A stretch of DNA of 64,000 bases from Halarcobacter sp. (GCA_963676565.1 OY781089.1:3232001-3296000); one strand, 5' to 3'; positions 20,728-31,808 are shown, numbered from the stretch's first letter. A program made the numbers and translations. The notes: generated by a model from the sequence alone, not told the origin.

Positions 20728-21381
20728 TTAACTTATCTTTTCTAACCCATCATTTTTTAATTTGTAAATTGTTGGTGTTAGTTTCTCAATAAAAGTTTTA
20801 TGGTGTGAAACAATTACCATTGATTTTTTTATGGAGTTTAAAATATTGATTATTCTTATTTCTGCATCTTCATCTAAAGCATTTGTAGGTTCATCAAGTA
20901 AAATGATCTTTGGTTTAGTAATCAAAATTCCTGCTAAGGCAACAATTTTTTGCTCCCCTCCACTTAGATCATAAATATTTCTATTTTCTAAATGTAATAC
21001 ACCTAGATCTTCAAGCATTTTAATTGAAGCTTCATAAGCTTCATCTTTTTTTATACCCTTTGCCCTTAAAGCAAACATCACATCCTCTATAACTGTTGGA
21101 CATAAAAAATGGTCACTTACATCTTGGGGTAAATATCCAATGTCTCCCCTGTATTCTCTAAAATCTTTTTTTGAATTCATCTTGTCATGAAATAAAAAAA
21201 CCTCACCATCTTTTGGAGCGATTAATCCAGCAAGAATTTTTAAAAGTGAACTTTTTCCACTTCCGTTAGATCCAACTATTGCAACCTTTTCTTCATGGGA
21301 TACATTTAAAGTAACATCTTTAAAAACCTCTTTTGTTGAAGTTTCATAACTTATATTTTTTAAATTTATTGAACAACTCAT
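20728..21381 (-). CDS. cbiO: ECF Co/Ni transporter ATPase (CbiO/NikO)
   Basis: GSNGSGKS, LSGGEQK, LDEPT; start MSCSIN overlaps the cbiQ stop. Confidence 0.85.
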   Translation of the reverse strand: MSCSINLKNISYETSTKEVFKDVTLNVSHEEKVAIVGSNGSGKSSLLKILAGLIAPKDGEVFLFHDKMNSKKDFREYRGDIGYLPQDVSDHFLCPTVIEDVMFALRAKGIKKDEAYEASIKMLEDLGVLHLENRNIYDLSGGEQKIVALAGILITKPKIILLDEPTNALDEDAEIRIINILNSIKKSMVIVSHHKTFIEKLTPTIYKLKNDGLEKIS

Positions 21382-22022
21382 ACAAAAACCTTTACATAAA
21401 GCATACAAACTAAGAATAATAAAATTACATCATAATAAGAAAGTTTAGAATTATTTATTAAATAAATCCTTCCACCAAAACCTCTTAATTTAAAAGAATC
21501 CTGTAAGGCATTAGCTTTTATTATTGACTTTACAAAAATATGCCCAAATAGATTTCCATAGGTTTCGTAAGTAAACATTGATGAGTTTGCTCTAAAACCC
21601 CTTGCTCTTAAAGTCATTTTTATTTTTTTAAATTCATCATTTAAAGTTTGAATCATTTTAAGTGTGAAATATACTGAACTTACTACTTTTTTTGGGAATC
21701 TCAATTCATTTAAAGCCCTTACAATATCATAGCCACTTGATTGTGAGAAAAGTAAGAGGTTAAAAAGTACAATCATATTTGTTCTAATATAGATATTTAT
21801 AGCCTCTTCAAAACTACTTTGAATAAGTAAAACAATAAATATCATCAAAATAAATAGATTAAGAAGAATTAGTTTTTTTATAATACTAATAAGAGATTTA
21901 TATTCACAAAAAGCCATAAAAACTATAGGCACGAAATATATTAATTCAACTTGATTAAAGCTAATAAAAATTGAGTACAAAAAGGCACAGATTAAAATTA
22001 TTGAAGAGTTAAAATTATTCAT
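21378..22022 (-). CDS. cbiQ: ECF T component (CbiQ/NikQ)
   Basis: ARGF and LRGF motifs. Confidence 0.85.
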   Translation of the reverse strand: MNNFNSSIILICAFLYSIFISFNQVELIYFVPIVFMAFCEYKSLISIIKKLILLNLFILMIFIVLLIQSSFEEAINIYIRTNMIVLFNLLLFSQSSGYDIVRALNELRFPKKVVSSVYFTLKMIQTLNDEFKKIKMTLRARGFRANSSMFTYETYGNLFGHIFVKSIIKANALQDSFKLRGFGGRIYLINNSKLSYYDVILLFLVCMLYVKVFV

Positions 22023-22497
22023 TTTCTCTTTTTATTTTCTTTAAAAAAAAGAAAATCCCTACAATTACAAAAAGTGCAAATATCATTTTTAAAATCTCGT
22101 TTTGTTCAATTTTCTCTTTTAACATCTTGTTTTCAGACTTTAATCTTAAAATCTCTTCTTCTAAATTTAAGAGATTTTTATCAACCATTTTATTTTCTTT
22201 TTTTGTAATATTAATCTTTAAACTATCTTTTGCCCCATGTCCACCAAGTGATTCCACAGATACAATAATTTTAGGAGCTAAATTAGTAATAATAAATTCA
22301 CCATTTTTATTAGTTTTTCCTTTTTGAAGGATTACTCCTTTTTCATCTTCAACTTTTATATCACAATTTTTACAAAAACTTCCACTTGCAAAATATGCAC
22401 TTGCAAAAACTTTTTCTTTCTCTTGAGTTAAAAAAAGATTTAATTTGTGTGCAAAAGAGAACTGAAAAACAAAAATAACTAATAAAAACAATCTCAT
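22015..22497 (-). CDS. NikL/CbiL-like accessory protein
   Basis: signal peptide ending AH, YFASG, GHG, C-terminal TM; position in operon. Confidence 0.65.
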   Translation of the reverse strand: MRLFLLVIFVFQFSFAHKLNLFLTQEKEKVFASAYFASGSFCKNCDIKVEDEKGVILQKGKTNKNGEFIITNLAPKIIVSVESLGGHGAKDSLKINITKKENKMVDKNLLNLEEEILRLKSENKMLKEKIEQNEILKMIFALFVIVGIFFFLKKIKRENE

Positions 22498-23096
22498 AGA
22501 TTTACCTCTTTTAAAATATCAGGTATACTCTTTTTTAAATAATTTATCAAAAATAGTGTTACTAAACCCTCTATAACCATAGCTGGAATATTTGCCAAAA
22601 TAATTGTATAAGCTGCAAGTAAATACTCCTGTTTTGCAAGAACTAATATCAAACATAAAAATATTGTTGCAAGTAATACAGATACAAAACCAATGGCAAA
22701 ATATTTTATCTTTTCATTTAAAATATTTAATACCCCGCTTTTAGTTAAAAGATAAATCAAATAAGCAGGAAGTGCCATAATAATTATATTTGCCCCTAAG
22801 GAGCTTAATCCACCATAACCTAATAGGGTTGCTTGCAATAAAAGAGCAATTGCAATGGCAAGGAAAACTCCACTTCCAAGAAGAATTCCAATAACTCCAA
22901 TTAAAACCAGATGAACTTGTGTGGGTCCCAATGGAATATGTATAAATGAAGCTATAAAAAATATTGCACTCATAGCTGAGATTAAAGCAATATTTTTATT
23001 TTTTAAATTCTTCAAAGATACTGCAATTAAACCTAAAGAGATTATAGAAGTTGCTATAACTACTTCACTTGAAAGTATTCCATCAGAGATATGCAT
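22494..23096 (-). CDS. cbiM: ECF S component CbiM/NikM
   Basis: N-terminal MHISDG metal-binding motif. Confidence 0.92.
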   Translation of the reverse strand: MHISDGILSSEVVIATSIISLGLIAVSLKNLKNKNIALISAMSAIFFIASFIHIPLGPTQVHLVLIGVIGILLGSGVFLAIAIALLLQATLLGYGGLSSLGANIIIMALPAYLIYLLTKSGVLNILNEKIKYFAIGFVSVLLATIFLCLILVLAKQEYLLAAYTIILANIPAMVIEGLVTLFLINYLKKSIPDILKEVNL

Positions 23097-23099
23097 TTT

Positions 23100-23816
23100 T
23101 TAATAAACCTTTACCCACATAAGTGCACCATTTTCAATAGGATACATTTTACCTTTATATTCCTTTTCACCCTCTTCAATTAAAGCTGCGAATCCCCACC
23201 AACCTTTATGATTCATAGTAAATGAAAATACTCCATTATCATCTGTTTTAACTACTTGAGTAATATGTGCATCGCTTGGTGCTTTAAGACCAAACTCATT
23301 ATAAAGCTCTACTTCTACTTCAACATTAGCTGCTGCTTTTCCATTATGTAAGACTTTACCTTGGAAAAGGTTTCCAGAATAAAGACCAAAAGGTTTTGTC
23401 ATAGGGATAATCTCATATTTTAAACCAAGTGGTTCATCCCAACCATCTTCTAAACCAAATGCACTAACAATTAATTTTGGTACATGGATAATATATTTTT
23501 CTTCAGCAGGTTCAAAATAAGCTTCAGGGACTACATGAAATTTATAAACACCTGGTCTTTTTACTTTGTACTCACTGCTCCAAGCTTTGTGATCAAATTT
23601 TTTGGTTTCTTCTAAAGGCAAACTTTCATCACCTAAAAATATCCCTTTAGGTTTAACCATTGTCATTCCAGTTTGTTCAAAGGGATGAATAAACATTGCA
23701 TCAAGTTTTAGTGTAGATTGCTCTTTAGATTGAATATTATCTGTATTAGATAAAAAAGTTAAGAAATGTGCATTTGCACAAACAGCTAAAAGAGTAGCTA
23801 AAATCAGTTTTTTCAT
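23100..23816 (-). CDS. DUF4198 / NikK-like periplasmic protein
   Basis: signal peptide then AHF; HPFE, YFEPAE, GWWGFAAL. Confidence 0.85.
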   Translation of the reverse strand: MKKLILATLLAVCANAHFLTFLSNTDNIQSKEQSTLKLDAMFIHPFEQTGMTMVKPKGIFLGDESLPLEETKKFDHKAWSSEYKVKRPGVYKFHVVPEAYFEPAEEKYIIHVPKLIVSAFGLEDGWDEPLGLKYEIIPMTKPFGLYSGNLFQGKVLHNGKAAANVEVEVELYNEFGLKAPSDAHITQVVKTDDNGVFSFTMNHKGWWGFAALIEEGEKEYKGKMYPIENGALMWVKVY

Positions 23817-23883
23817 TATTGCTCCTAAATAAATTTAGGAAATTATATGATTGTAGCTTTTATATAACAATAAATATTTTTAC

Positions 23884-23903
23884 TACTTATGTATTTTTAG
23901 AAC
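23884..23903 (-). promoter_or_regulatory. Second copy of the shared 20-bp metal-operon motif
   Basis: GTTCTAAAAATACATAAGTA; TATAAT at 23847-23842. Confidence 0.7.
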
Positions 23904-23922
23904 CAATATGAATAGTTATTTA

Positions 23923-24369
23923 CTATTTATATATTATGGTTCTAATATTTTCTTTATCAAGATTTCTTATTTCATCATATTTTTTTTGATAAAAAATTTT
24001 TTCTTCATAGGGAATTGGAAATCTAATAGATTTGTATTCAACTAGTTTTCCATCTTTATAAACGCCACTAACACTTGCATAAACCCAATAAAATCCTTTG
24101 TCTTTTCTAAGGTTTTTAACATACCCTTGCCATTTCTGTTCAGATTCTAATTTTGACCACATCTCTTTAAATATTCTTTTGGGCATATCAGGATGTCTTA
24201 CTAAATTGTGTGGTTTTCCAATTAATTCATCAACTTCATATCCACTGATACTTGCGAAAGTCTCATTTGCATATGTGATTTTTCCACTTAAATCAGTTCT
24301 TGAAACAATTAACTCATCTTCAGGGACAATTGTCTCAATTAAAAATTCACTTTCAGAATATTCTTTCAT
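23923..24369 (-). CDS. Stand-alone Aer-type PAS domain protein (CetB-like)
   Basis: SRTDLSGKITYAN, GKPHNLVRHPDMP, VKNLRKD..YWV. Confidence 0.9.
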   Translation of the reverse strand: MKEYSESEFLIETIVPEDELIVSRTDLSGKITYANETFASISGYEVDELIGKPHNLVRHPDMPKRIFKEMWSKLESEQKWQGYVKNLRKDKGFYWVYASVSGVYKDGKLVEYKSIRFPIPYEEKIFYQKKYDEIRNLDKENIRTIIYK

Positions 24370-24386
24370 CTTAAAAACCTTTAATA

Positions 24387-24770
24387 TTAATCAATTTTGT
24401 CAAATTCTTCAGCAAAACCTTCTAGGTTTTTTCTTTTTAAATCCCCTCTATAAATTATTTTATTTGGGTCAGTATTTTCATCATTTAACATTTTAGGAAC
24501 TAAATCTGCATTTTCTAAAACCTCAATGTGTTCATCTAATTCGTCTTCACTATATGCCATTTGCATATCTGCACTTGCCACATGGGGAATTGCTTCAATC
24601 ACTCTTAGTTTTTCAAGTTCCTCTTTAACGCCACTACCTTCAATAGTAACAATGATTCTACCCTTTTCATCGTGTAAGTGATAATCGCAAGCTTCACATT
24701 GCTTTAAACTTTCAACCACCTCATCAAGATATTTTGGTAAAGTTTGTACTACAATACTAGATACATTCAT
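24387..24770 (-). CDS. napD: NapA chaperone NapD
   Basis: MNVSSIVV, GRIIVTIE; end of nap operon. Confidence 0.9.
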   Translation of the reverse strand: MNVSSIVVQTLPKYLDEVVESLKQCEACDYHLHDEKGRIIVTIEGSGVKEELEKLRVIEAIPHVASADMQMAYSEDELDEHIEVLENADLVPKMLNDENTDPNKIIYRGDLKRKNLEGFAEEFDKID

Positions 24771-24780
24771 TGTTCTCTCC

Positions 24781-25728
24781 TTATTTCAATTTAAAATAGT
24801 TTATATTCGAATCATCACTACTTACAAACACTTCATTTTTATTTATAAATAAAATTTGCGTTAAAGTAGCTTTTTGACCCTTAAGATTATATAATTTTTC
24901 TTTTGTATTAACATCAAATATTAAGACTTCATTTTTTTCATTATAAGCAATACCACCAAGTTTAGCCTTTGGACTTAAACCACAACTATAAAGTAAAAAA
25001 TCAAATCTCATTGAATAATCTGTAAAATTTTTATAAACAACTGCCTGTCTGTCTTGACCTGCTGCTAAAATAACACCATTTTTGTAATCTATTTGATAAA
25101 CCTTATCTAAGTTTTTATTTTTGTTTTCACCAAAAATTTGAGCGTTTTCAACTCTTATTTTTCTAACAATTCCACTCTCATCTGTTGTAACTAAAACCTT
25201 TTTATCTTCACTTAAAGAAAAATCAGAAAATGATGAAGCACTAACTTGTATAAGATAATCTAGTTTTTCGTTTTTTAAATCAAAAACTCCAATTTGATTA
25301 CTAAGTAAAGCAAAAACTATTTTATCTTTTGAGATAAAGTTTGCTTTTTGAATAAAATATTTTTTATCTATACCAATTGTTTTTTTTAAATTCCCATTTT
25401 CATAAATAAAAATATTTCTGTAACCTTTCATTCCTTGAGAGACTATTAATAACTTACCATCAATTAAATCTATAGAATATATTTTTGCGGCAATTAAATC
25501 ACCCATGAAATCTTTTATATCAGGGATTTTTATCTCATCTATTTTTTCAGTTGTTATTGCATCAAAAACTTCAACTTTACCTTCACTAGTTGCTGCATAC
25601 AAATTATTGTTTTTATAAACTAAAGATTGTACAGTTCCACTTGCTTTAAATATTTTAGTAGGTTCTAAATTTTCAATTGCAAATAGATTTACAAATAATA
25701 AAAATAGAATAAATACAAGTTTATGCAT
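24781..25728 (-). CDS. napL: NapL WD40-like periplasmic protein
   Basis: IPDIKDFMGD, DESG, AGQDR; signal peptide from the ATG at 25728. Confidence 0.88.
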   Translation of the reverse strand: MHKLVFILFLLFVNLFAIENLEPTKIFKASGTVQSLVYKNNNLYAATSEGKVEVFDAITTEKIDEIKIPDIKDFMGDLIAAKIYSIDLIDGKLLIVSQGMKGYRNIFIYENGNLKKTIGIDKKYFIQKANFISKDKIVFALLSNQIGVFDLKNEKLDYLIQVSASSFSDFSLSEDKKVLVTTDESGIVRKIRVENAQIFGENKNKNLDKVYQIDYKNGVILAAGQDRQAVVYKNFTDYSMRFDFLLYSCGLSPKAKLGGIAYNEKNEVLIFDVNTKEKLYNLKGQKATLTQILFINKNEVFVSSDDSNINYFKLK

Positions 25729-26029
25729 TTGGGTTGAAGCCTGTATCATTTTCTTGTCCATTGATTTTATTTATCTCTTCTTCATACTTTTTTTGTAACA
25801 CTGCCATCTTCTCATTTAAGTCTTGATAACTTGCAGGGCTTAAAGTTTTTGATTTTGTCCAAACAACTTCAATATCATTTGCATAATCTTCACCCATAAT
25901 TTCAATATTTTTCTGGAATTCTTCTAAATCATTGCAAGTTACTGTTTTCTCACCTAAGGTATCAGTTAATTCAATAAACCAAACTCCAGGGTTTTTTTCA
26001 TCTACATGTGATATAAATTTAACAGCCAT
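25721..26029 (-). CDS. Hypothetical acidic protein inside the nap operon
   Basis: 102-aa ORF starting 4 nt after napF; overlaps the napL start. Confidence 0.8.
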   Translation of the reverse strand: MAVKFISHVDEKNPGVWFIELTDTLGEKTVTCNDLEEFQKNIEIMGEDYANDIEVVWTKSKTLSPASYQDLNEKMAVLQKKYEEEINKINGQENDTGFNPNA

Positions 26030-26032
26030 CTA

Positions 26033-26515
26033 TTAACTCCTAGTTATTTTAATTGCATTTGTTGGACATACACTTACACAAAAGCCACAGCTGACACATT
26101 TTTCTTGATTTATACTTGGTCTAAACATTCCAATAAACTCTATTGCATCATCTAAACATGGGTCTTTACAAGAGAAACACATTGTGTTATTCCAACTTAA
26201 ACATTGTAACATCTCTATTTCTAAAACTACATCAATATGTTCTTTTTCCTCAAGGATTAAAACCTCATTTGGACAAGCTATTGCACACTCATCGCAATAG
26301 GTACAACCACCTTTTGAGAAATCTATTATTGGTGTTTGTTTTTCATCTAAAACAATAATATTCTCTTGACAAATAGTAATACATGGTTTATCAACACATT
26401 TTATACACTCTTTATCAAAAGAATCTAAATCTTTATAATATGGTGGTCTAATTGCGCTCTCTTTTCCCTCTTTTTTTGAAGGAAAAAGAGAACCTAAAAG
26501 TTCTCTTCTTTCCAT
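26033..26515 (-). CDS. napF: Ferredoxin-type protein NapF
   Basis: MERRE.., IRPPY, four Cys clusters. Confidence 0.92.
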   Translation of the reverse strand: MERRELLGSLFPSKKEGKESAIRPPYYKDLDSFDKECIKCVDKPCITICQENIIVLDEKQTPIIDFSKGGCTYCDECAIACPNEVLILEEKEHIDVVLEIEMLQCLSWNNTMCFSCKDPCLDDAIEFIGMFRPSINQEKCVSCGFCVSVCPTNAIKITRS

Positions 26516-26521
26516 AATAAC

Positions 26522-27151
26522 CTATTTCATTAAAGTATCTAAACCTTCAGTAAGGCTTGAACCTTCCCATGCAGATTTATTTGCTCCATCTTTAGAAGTA
26601 TATTCTGGTTGGAAAGTATTTTCAACTAACTGACCTTCACTTTGTGGGGCGTGACATTGAGAACAATTAAATCTAGCTCCACTTAAAGTTCCCATCTCTT
26701 TAATTGTAACATACTCCATTTTATCACTTGAAGTATTATCAACTGTTTGTCCATTCTTAACTATTTTACCATCTTCAGCCAATGAAGTAGCAGGTCTAAA
26801 GTTAGTCATGTGTGATTTTGGATAAGGTAATGCATTTAATGTTTCTGCAACACCTGGTGTATGACAACTTACACATTGATTATTGTCAACAGTAATTGGT
26901 AACATACCATCAACACTATGTGGAATCATAGGTGGAGCATCTTGAAATGCTCTTACAATTTTTTTACTAGTTCCAGCTGCTGCTTGTGAATATTTTGTTT
27001 CATCAGGTGTTACTGTATTTTCACTATATAAATCAACTTTTCTAAGTCCTAGTGATTCCTCACTATAAGTTTTAGAAGCTGTACTACAACCAGCCACAAA
27101 TAAAACCGAAGCAGAAACAATACCTAAACCTATTTTAGTAATTAGTCTCAT
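26522..27151 (-). CDS. napB: Diheme cytochrome c NapB
   Basis: APPMIPH, CVSCH, CSQCH. Confidence 0.96.
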   Translation of the reverse strand: MRLITKIGLGIVSASVLFVAGCSTASKTYSEESLGLRKVDLYSENTVTPDETKYSQAAAGTSKKIVRAFQDAPPMIPHSVDGMLPITVDNNQCVSCHTPGVAETLNALPYPKSHMTNFRPATSLAEDGKIVKNGQTVDNTSSDKMEYVTIKEMGTLSGARFNCSQCHAPQSEGQLVENTFQPEYTSKDGANKSAWEGSSLTEGLDTLMK

Positions 27152-27972
27152 GCTAATTCTCCTTTGCTATTTTTATTTTTTATTAAATCTCGAATTGAAA
27201 AATTAAGTGCGTCATCATCACATACTTCTATGCATCTTGCGCAGTTTGTACACTCCCCAGAAAGTACTTGTTCAGATTTTTTACCAACCATATAAAGTAC
27301 TTGAACCTCAGGACAAACCTCTTTACACTTCATACATAAAGTACATTTTTCCTCTTCATAGTCAACTCTTATTAGGCTAAATCTACCTATTATTGAGTAA
27401 ACTCCACCAATTGGACAGATATGACCACACCATCCATTCTTTAAAACAAAAAGATCAAAAAGAAAGATAACTACAACAGCAGCCCATCCAAAGCCCATGC
27501 CAAAAATTATTCCTCTATGAACCATAGAAACAGGTGAAACAAACTCAAATGCCGTAATTCCAAAGGCAAAAGAGATTACAAGTGAGATTGCAATAACCCA
27601 GTATCGCATATTTCTACTTGCTGGTTGTTTCTTTTGAATTTGATTAAATCCAAGTTTTCTTCTTAAGTAATTAGCTAAATCAGTAATCATATTCACAGGA
27701 CAAACCCAAGAACAAAATGCTCGTCCTCCAATAATCCCATAAAATAAAACTGCTATTAATACTCCTAAGAAAATATCACTTGCAATTAATGCCCCAGCAA
27801 CAAACATCTGTAATACTGCATAAGGGTCACTCATAGGAATAAGACCAAATATTAATGAAGAACTTAAGTTCCCCATAATGATATTCCATCCCCATGCATT
27901 TGCACCAAAATACAATACCATTAAACTAATTTGAACGACTCTTCTTAGAATCAAAAATTTATTCTTAATCAT
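27148..27972 (-). CDS. napH: Quinol dehydrogenase membrane subunit NapH
   Basis: GRAFCSWVCP, GWCGHICP, two 4Fe-4S motifs. Confidence 0.96.
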   Translation of the reverse strand: MIKNKFLILRRVVQISLMVLYFGANAWGWNIIMGNLSSSLIFGLIPMSDPYAVLQMFVAGALIASDIFLGVLIAVLFYGIIGGRAFCSWVCPVNMITDLANYLRRKLGFNQIQKKQPASRNMRYWVIAISLVISFAFGITAFEFVSPVSMVHRGIIFGMGFGWAAVVVIFLFDLFVLKNGWCGHICPIGGVYSIIGRFSLIRVDYEEEKCTLCMKCKEVCPEVQVLYMVGKKSEQVLSGECTNCARCIEVCDDDALNFSIRDLIKNKNSKGELA

Positions 27973-28759
27973 CTAAAAGTCCTCCCATATCATTTAATGA
28001 ATCAACAGCACTTCTCTTACTTCGTTCTGTTGTTGTTGTTTCCATTGTTGCATTTTCAAGCCTTTTTTCATCAGCTTTATCCCAGCCTTTTATATAGTGA
28101 TCCCCCACTTTACCTAAAGCAACTTCCCTTGGAAGTACAAAGATTGCAGCTTTTTCAGTTACACAGGCATGTTCACAAAGCCCACAACCTGTACAAACAT
28201 CACTATCAACTACTGGTTTTAAAAATGCGTGTTTTCCCGTTCTACTATTTTTCTCATACTCTAATTTTATAGCTTCATCCATTAATGGACAGGCTCTATA
28301 ACAAGCATCACATTGAATTCCCCAAAAAGCGATACAGTTTTTTGTATCTACAACTGCTGTTCCCATTTGAGCTTTATTGATATCAAGTCTATTTGAACTT
28401 GAAACTTTTTTAATATCTAAAGCATCTGTTGGACAAACAGGTACACATGGTATATCTGGACACATATAACAAGGGATATCTCTTGGGGTAAAAAATGGTG
28501 TCCCAAGAGGCAAGTTATCACCAGGTTTTGCTAATTGAAGAGTGTCAAAAGGACAAGCTTCAACGCACATACCACATTTGATACAAGTTTTTAAAAAATC
28601 CTCTTCTTTAAGTGCTCCAGGAGGTCGAAGTGTAAGTTGTGAAGCTGTAACCTCATCAACATATGCACTCCATACAAAACCACCAAGAACGGCAAGACCT
28701 GTTGCCCTTGCAATATTTAAAAAGAATCTTCTTCTATCACTAATTGGTTCTTTTTTCAT
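27965..28759 (-). CDS. napG: Ferredoxin-type protein NapG
   Basis: Tat RRRF, LRPPGA, four Fe-S motifs. Confidence 0.96.
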   Translation of the reverse strand: MKKEPISDRRRFFLNIARATGLAVLGGFVWSAYVDEVTASQLTLRPPGALKEEDFLKTCIKCGMCVEACPFDTLQLAKPGDNLPLGTPFFTPRDIPCYMCPDIPCVPVCPTDALDIKKVSSSNRLDINKAQMGTAVVDTKNCIAFWGIQCDACYRACPLMDEAIKLEYEKNSRTGKHAFLKPVVDSDVCTGCGLCEHACVTEKAAIFVLPREVALGKVGDHYIKGWDKADEKRLENATMETTTTERSKRSAVDSLNDMGGLLDD

Positions 28760-28798
28760 CTTTTTCTCTTTTTGATTTACTTAAAAGTATTTATAAAA

Positions 28799-31606
28799 TT
28801 ACGCTTTGTAAATTTTTACTGCACATTTTTTAAAGTCTGTTTGTTTTGATTGCGGACAAGTAGCATCTAAACAAACTTTATTAATAAATACTTTTTCATC
28901 AAACCATGGAACAAATACTAATCCTCTTGAAGGTCTATTTCTTCCTCTAGTTTCTACTCTTGCTTTAACTTTTCCACGTCTAGATTCAACCCAGCAAAGT
29001 CCACCTTGTGAAACTCCATATTTTTTAGCATCTTCTGGATGCATATAACATAATGCTTCTGGAACTGCTCTATATAATTCTGGAACTCTCATTGTCATTG
29101 TTCCACTATGCCAGTGTTCTAAAACTCTACCTGTACTCATCCATACTGGATACTCTGTATCTGGTTTTTCTGGTGGATCCATATATGGACGTGCGAAGAT
29201 TTTTGCTTTATTTTTTAATGATTTTTTAGTTTTATCTTTAATACCTGTTAAATCACCTTGTGCAAGTGCTTTAGCTAATGTACCATAGAATGCAAACTCA
29301 GTGTGTCCAGTTTCTTTTCCATATTTTTTTGCATATGGATCGTATTTAGTATTAAATCTCCATTGAGTCTCTTTACCATCAACAACTGGCCATTTTAAAC
29401 CTCTTACTTTATGATATGTATCAAAGTCAGCTAAATCGTGTGCATGTCCTCGTCCAAAGTTCGCATACTCTTCAAATAGATATTTTTGGATATGGAAACC
29501 ATAACCTTTCCAAACTTCTCCATCACTTCCTTTAACATTTCTACTATCACCTAATGCATCAGTATCGTCAAAACCTGCATTAATTGGGTCTTCCATATCT
29601 TTTGGATATTTTTCTCCACCTTGTTTATATAATATTTCAAACATTGTTGTGTTTTCGTCATATCCCATTTTTTTAGCTTCTGCAATTACATTTGGAAGTT
29701 TTTTACCATTTCTTAGAGTGTATTCACCCCATAAATCTTTAACAGTAAATCTTTTTGAAAGTTCAACCCATTGCCATGTATCTGACATTGCATCACCAAC
29801 TGGTAATACTTGTTGTCTCCAGTGTTGAGTTCTTCTTTCAGCATTTCCATATGCTCCCCATTTTTCATAAATCATTGCTGATGGTAAAATAAGGTCAGAT
29901 ACTTTTGCTGATATACCTGGATATCCATCTGAAGTTACAATGAAGTTATCCATTTGTCTTGCAGCTTTAATCCAGTGAGTTGCACTTGCTGTATCTTGAT
30001 AAGGGTTACATACATTTACCCAAGCAAATTTAACTACACCATCTTCAATATCTCTATGGATTTTCATAATGTGTTGATTTCCTACAGGATTTAAAGTACC
30101 TTCAGGAATTTTCCATGATTTTTCAACAATTTTTCTATGTTTACCATTTGCTACCATCATATCAGCTGGTAATCTGTGACAGAAAGTTCCAACTTCTCTT
30201 GCTGTACCACAAGCACTTGGTTGACCAGTTAGTGAAAATGCACCTGAACCTGGTTTTGCCTGTTTATTTAATAAGAAGTGAACATTATATGCTAAAGTAT
30301 TTACCCAAGTACCTCTTGTGTGTTGGTTCATACCCATAGTCCAGAAAGATACTACTTTTCTTGATTTTTCAATATATAATGAAGCTAATGTTTGAAGTTT
30401 TTGTTTAAACTCTTCAAGTGACTCATCAGGGTTACCTTTTGAAATTTTTGCCACATAATCTAATGTATAAGGATCTAAGAATTTTTTATACTCTTCAAAT
30501 GAGATTTCCCAGTGCTTTAATCCAGCTGGTTTATTAACCATTTCATCTCCGGCTTTATATCCATAAGGTGCTAGTGCAGGAGCTTCTGTTTCAGAAACTA
30601 TTTTTTTCATCTCTTTAGAGATTGTTTCCATCTCTTTATCTGAATATTTACCATCTTTAAGTGATTTTTCACCTTCTCTTCTCATACCATAACCCATATT
30701 AACAGGACTTGCTGCAAAAACAATATGTTTTTTAACAAAATCCCAATCAATTGCTTCAGGATGGTTATATACAATCTCTCTTGCAATATAGTTCCATAAA
30801 GCTAAGTCAGTATTTGGAGTAAAGATAATCTCCATATCAGCTAAATCTGATGTTCTATGTCTATAAGTTGAAATATTTACAACTTTTACATTTTTTGGAT
30901 CAGATAATTTTCTATCCGTTACCCTTGACCATAAAATTGGGTGCATCTCAGCCATATTTGATCCCCAAGATACAACAGTGTCAGTTAACTCAATATCATC
31001 ATAACATCCTGATGGTTCATCAATACCAAAAGTTTGATAGAAACCAACAACAGCAGATGCCATACAGTGTCTTGCATTTGGATCAATTGCATTTGATCTA
31101 AATCCACCTTTCATCATCTTTTGTGCTGCATAACCTTCCATAACTGTATATTGCCCAGAAGCAAATACCCCTACTCCCTCAGGTCCACTAGCTTTAAGTG
31201 CTTTTTTGATGTGAACTTCCATCTCATCAAATGCTCTTTGCCAAGAAACTGGTGCGAATTTACCATTTTTGTCAAATTCACCTTTTGCATTTACTCTTAA
31301 TAATGGAGTTTTTAATCTATCTGCCCCATACATAATTTTTGCATTAAAATAACCTTTAATACAGTTAAGACCTCTATTAACTGGTGCTGCTGGATCTCCT
31401 TTAACTGCAACGATTCGTCCATTTTTCGTTGCCATCATAATTCCACAACCTGTACCACAAAATCTACAAGCTGCTTTGTCCCATCGCCAACCAGCTTCTG
31501 CTTGATTTGAAGCTGCTTGTAAATTACTTGGAACTGACATACCAACTGCTGCTGCTGCAGAAGCTGCTGCCGAACTTTTTAGAAAATCTCTTCTTGAAAG
31601 TGCCAT
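28799..31606 (-). CDS. napA: Periplasmic nitrate reductase catalytic subunit
   Basis: Tat [24 protein letters not shown]; start MALSRR with AGGAGAGG SD. Confidence 0.98.
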   Translation of the reverse strand: MALSRRDFLKSSAAASAAAAVGMSVPSNLQAASNQAEAGWRWDKAACRFCGTGCGIMMATKNGRIVAVKGDPAAPVNRGLNCIKGYFNAKIMYGADRLKTPLLRVNAKGEFDKNGKFAPVSWQRAFDEMEVHIKKALKASGPEGVGVFASGQYTVMEGYAAQKMMKGGFRSNAIDPNARHCMASAVVGFYQTFGIDEPSGCYDDIELTDTVVSWGSNMAEMHPILWSRVTDRKLSDPKNVKVVNISTYRHRTSDLADMEIIFTPNTDLALWNYIAREIVYNHPEAIDWDFVKKHIVFAASPVNMGYGMRREGEKSLKDGKYSDKEMETISKEMKKIVSETEAPALAPYGYKAGDEMVNKPAGLKHWEISFEEYKKFLDPYTLDYVAKISKGNPDESLEEFKQKLQTLASLYIEKSRKVVSFWTMGMNQHTRGTWVNTLAYNVHFLLNKQAKPGSGAFSLTGQPSACGTAREVGTFCHRLPADMMVANGKHRKIVEKSWKIPEGTLNPVGNQHIMKIHRDIEDGVVKFAWVNVCNPYQDTASATHWIKAARQMDNFIVTSDGYPGISAKVSDLILPSAMIYEKWGAYGNAERRTQHWRQQVLPVGDAMSDTWQWVELSKRFTVKDLWGEYTLRNGKKLPNVIAEAKKMGYDENTTMFEILYKQGGEKYPKDMEDPINAGFDDTDALGDSRNVKGSDGEVWKGYGFHIQKYLFEEYANFGRGHAHDLADFDTYHKVRGLKWPVVDGKETQWRFNTKYDPYAKKYGKETGHTEFAFYGTLAKALAQGDLTGIKDKTKKSLKNKAKIFARPYMDPPEKPDTEYPVWMSTGRVLEHWHSGTMTMRVPELYRAVPEALCYMHPEDAKKYGVSQGGLCWVESRRGKVKARVETRGRNRPSRGLVFVPWFDEKVFINKVCLDATCPQSKQTDFKKCAVKIYKA

Positions 31607-31671
31607 TTCCTCTCCTTTAATGAAATTGTTTTCAAACAAGTAATTCTAACAATTAAGTAAAGGTTTATTTC

Positions 31672-31685
31672 TTGACCTGTGTCAA
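31672..31685 (-). promoter_or_regulatory. Crp/Fnr (Nss-type) box of the napA promoter
   Basis: TTGAC-CTGT-GTCAA; TGtTAGAAT -10 at 31648-31643. Confidence 0.85.
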
Positions 31686-31760
31686 ATTTTTTAAAAAGTT
31701 TTTATTCTTTTCAGATACCATAAATTAGGGATTTTAAACTATTATTTTTTTGTGAAGAAA

Positions 31761-31774
31761 TTGACTTAAGTCAA
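31761..31774 (+). promoter_or_regulatory. Perfect Nss/Fnr-type palindrome with a plus-strand TATAAT
   Basis: TTGACTTAAGTCAA; TATAAT at 31797-31802. Confidence 0.85.
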
Positions 31775-31808
31775 TTTTTTTTGGAAAAAAAGTGGTTATA
31801 ATTTATGT

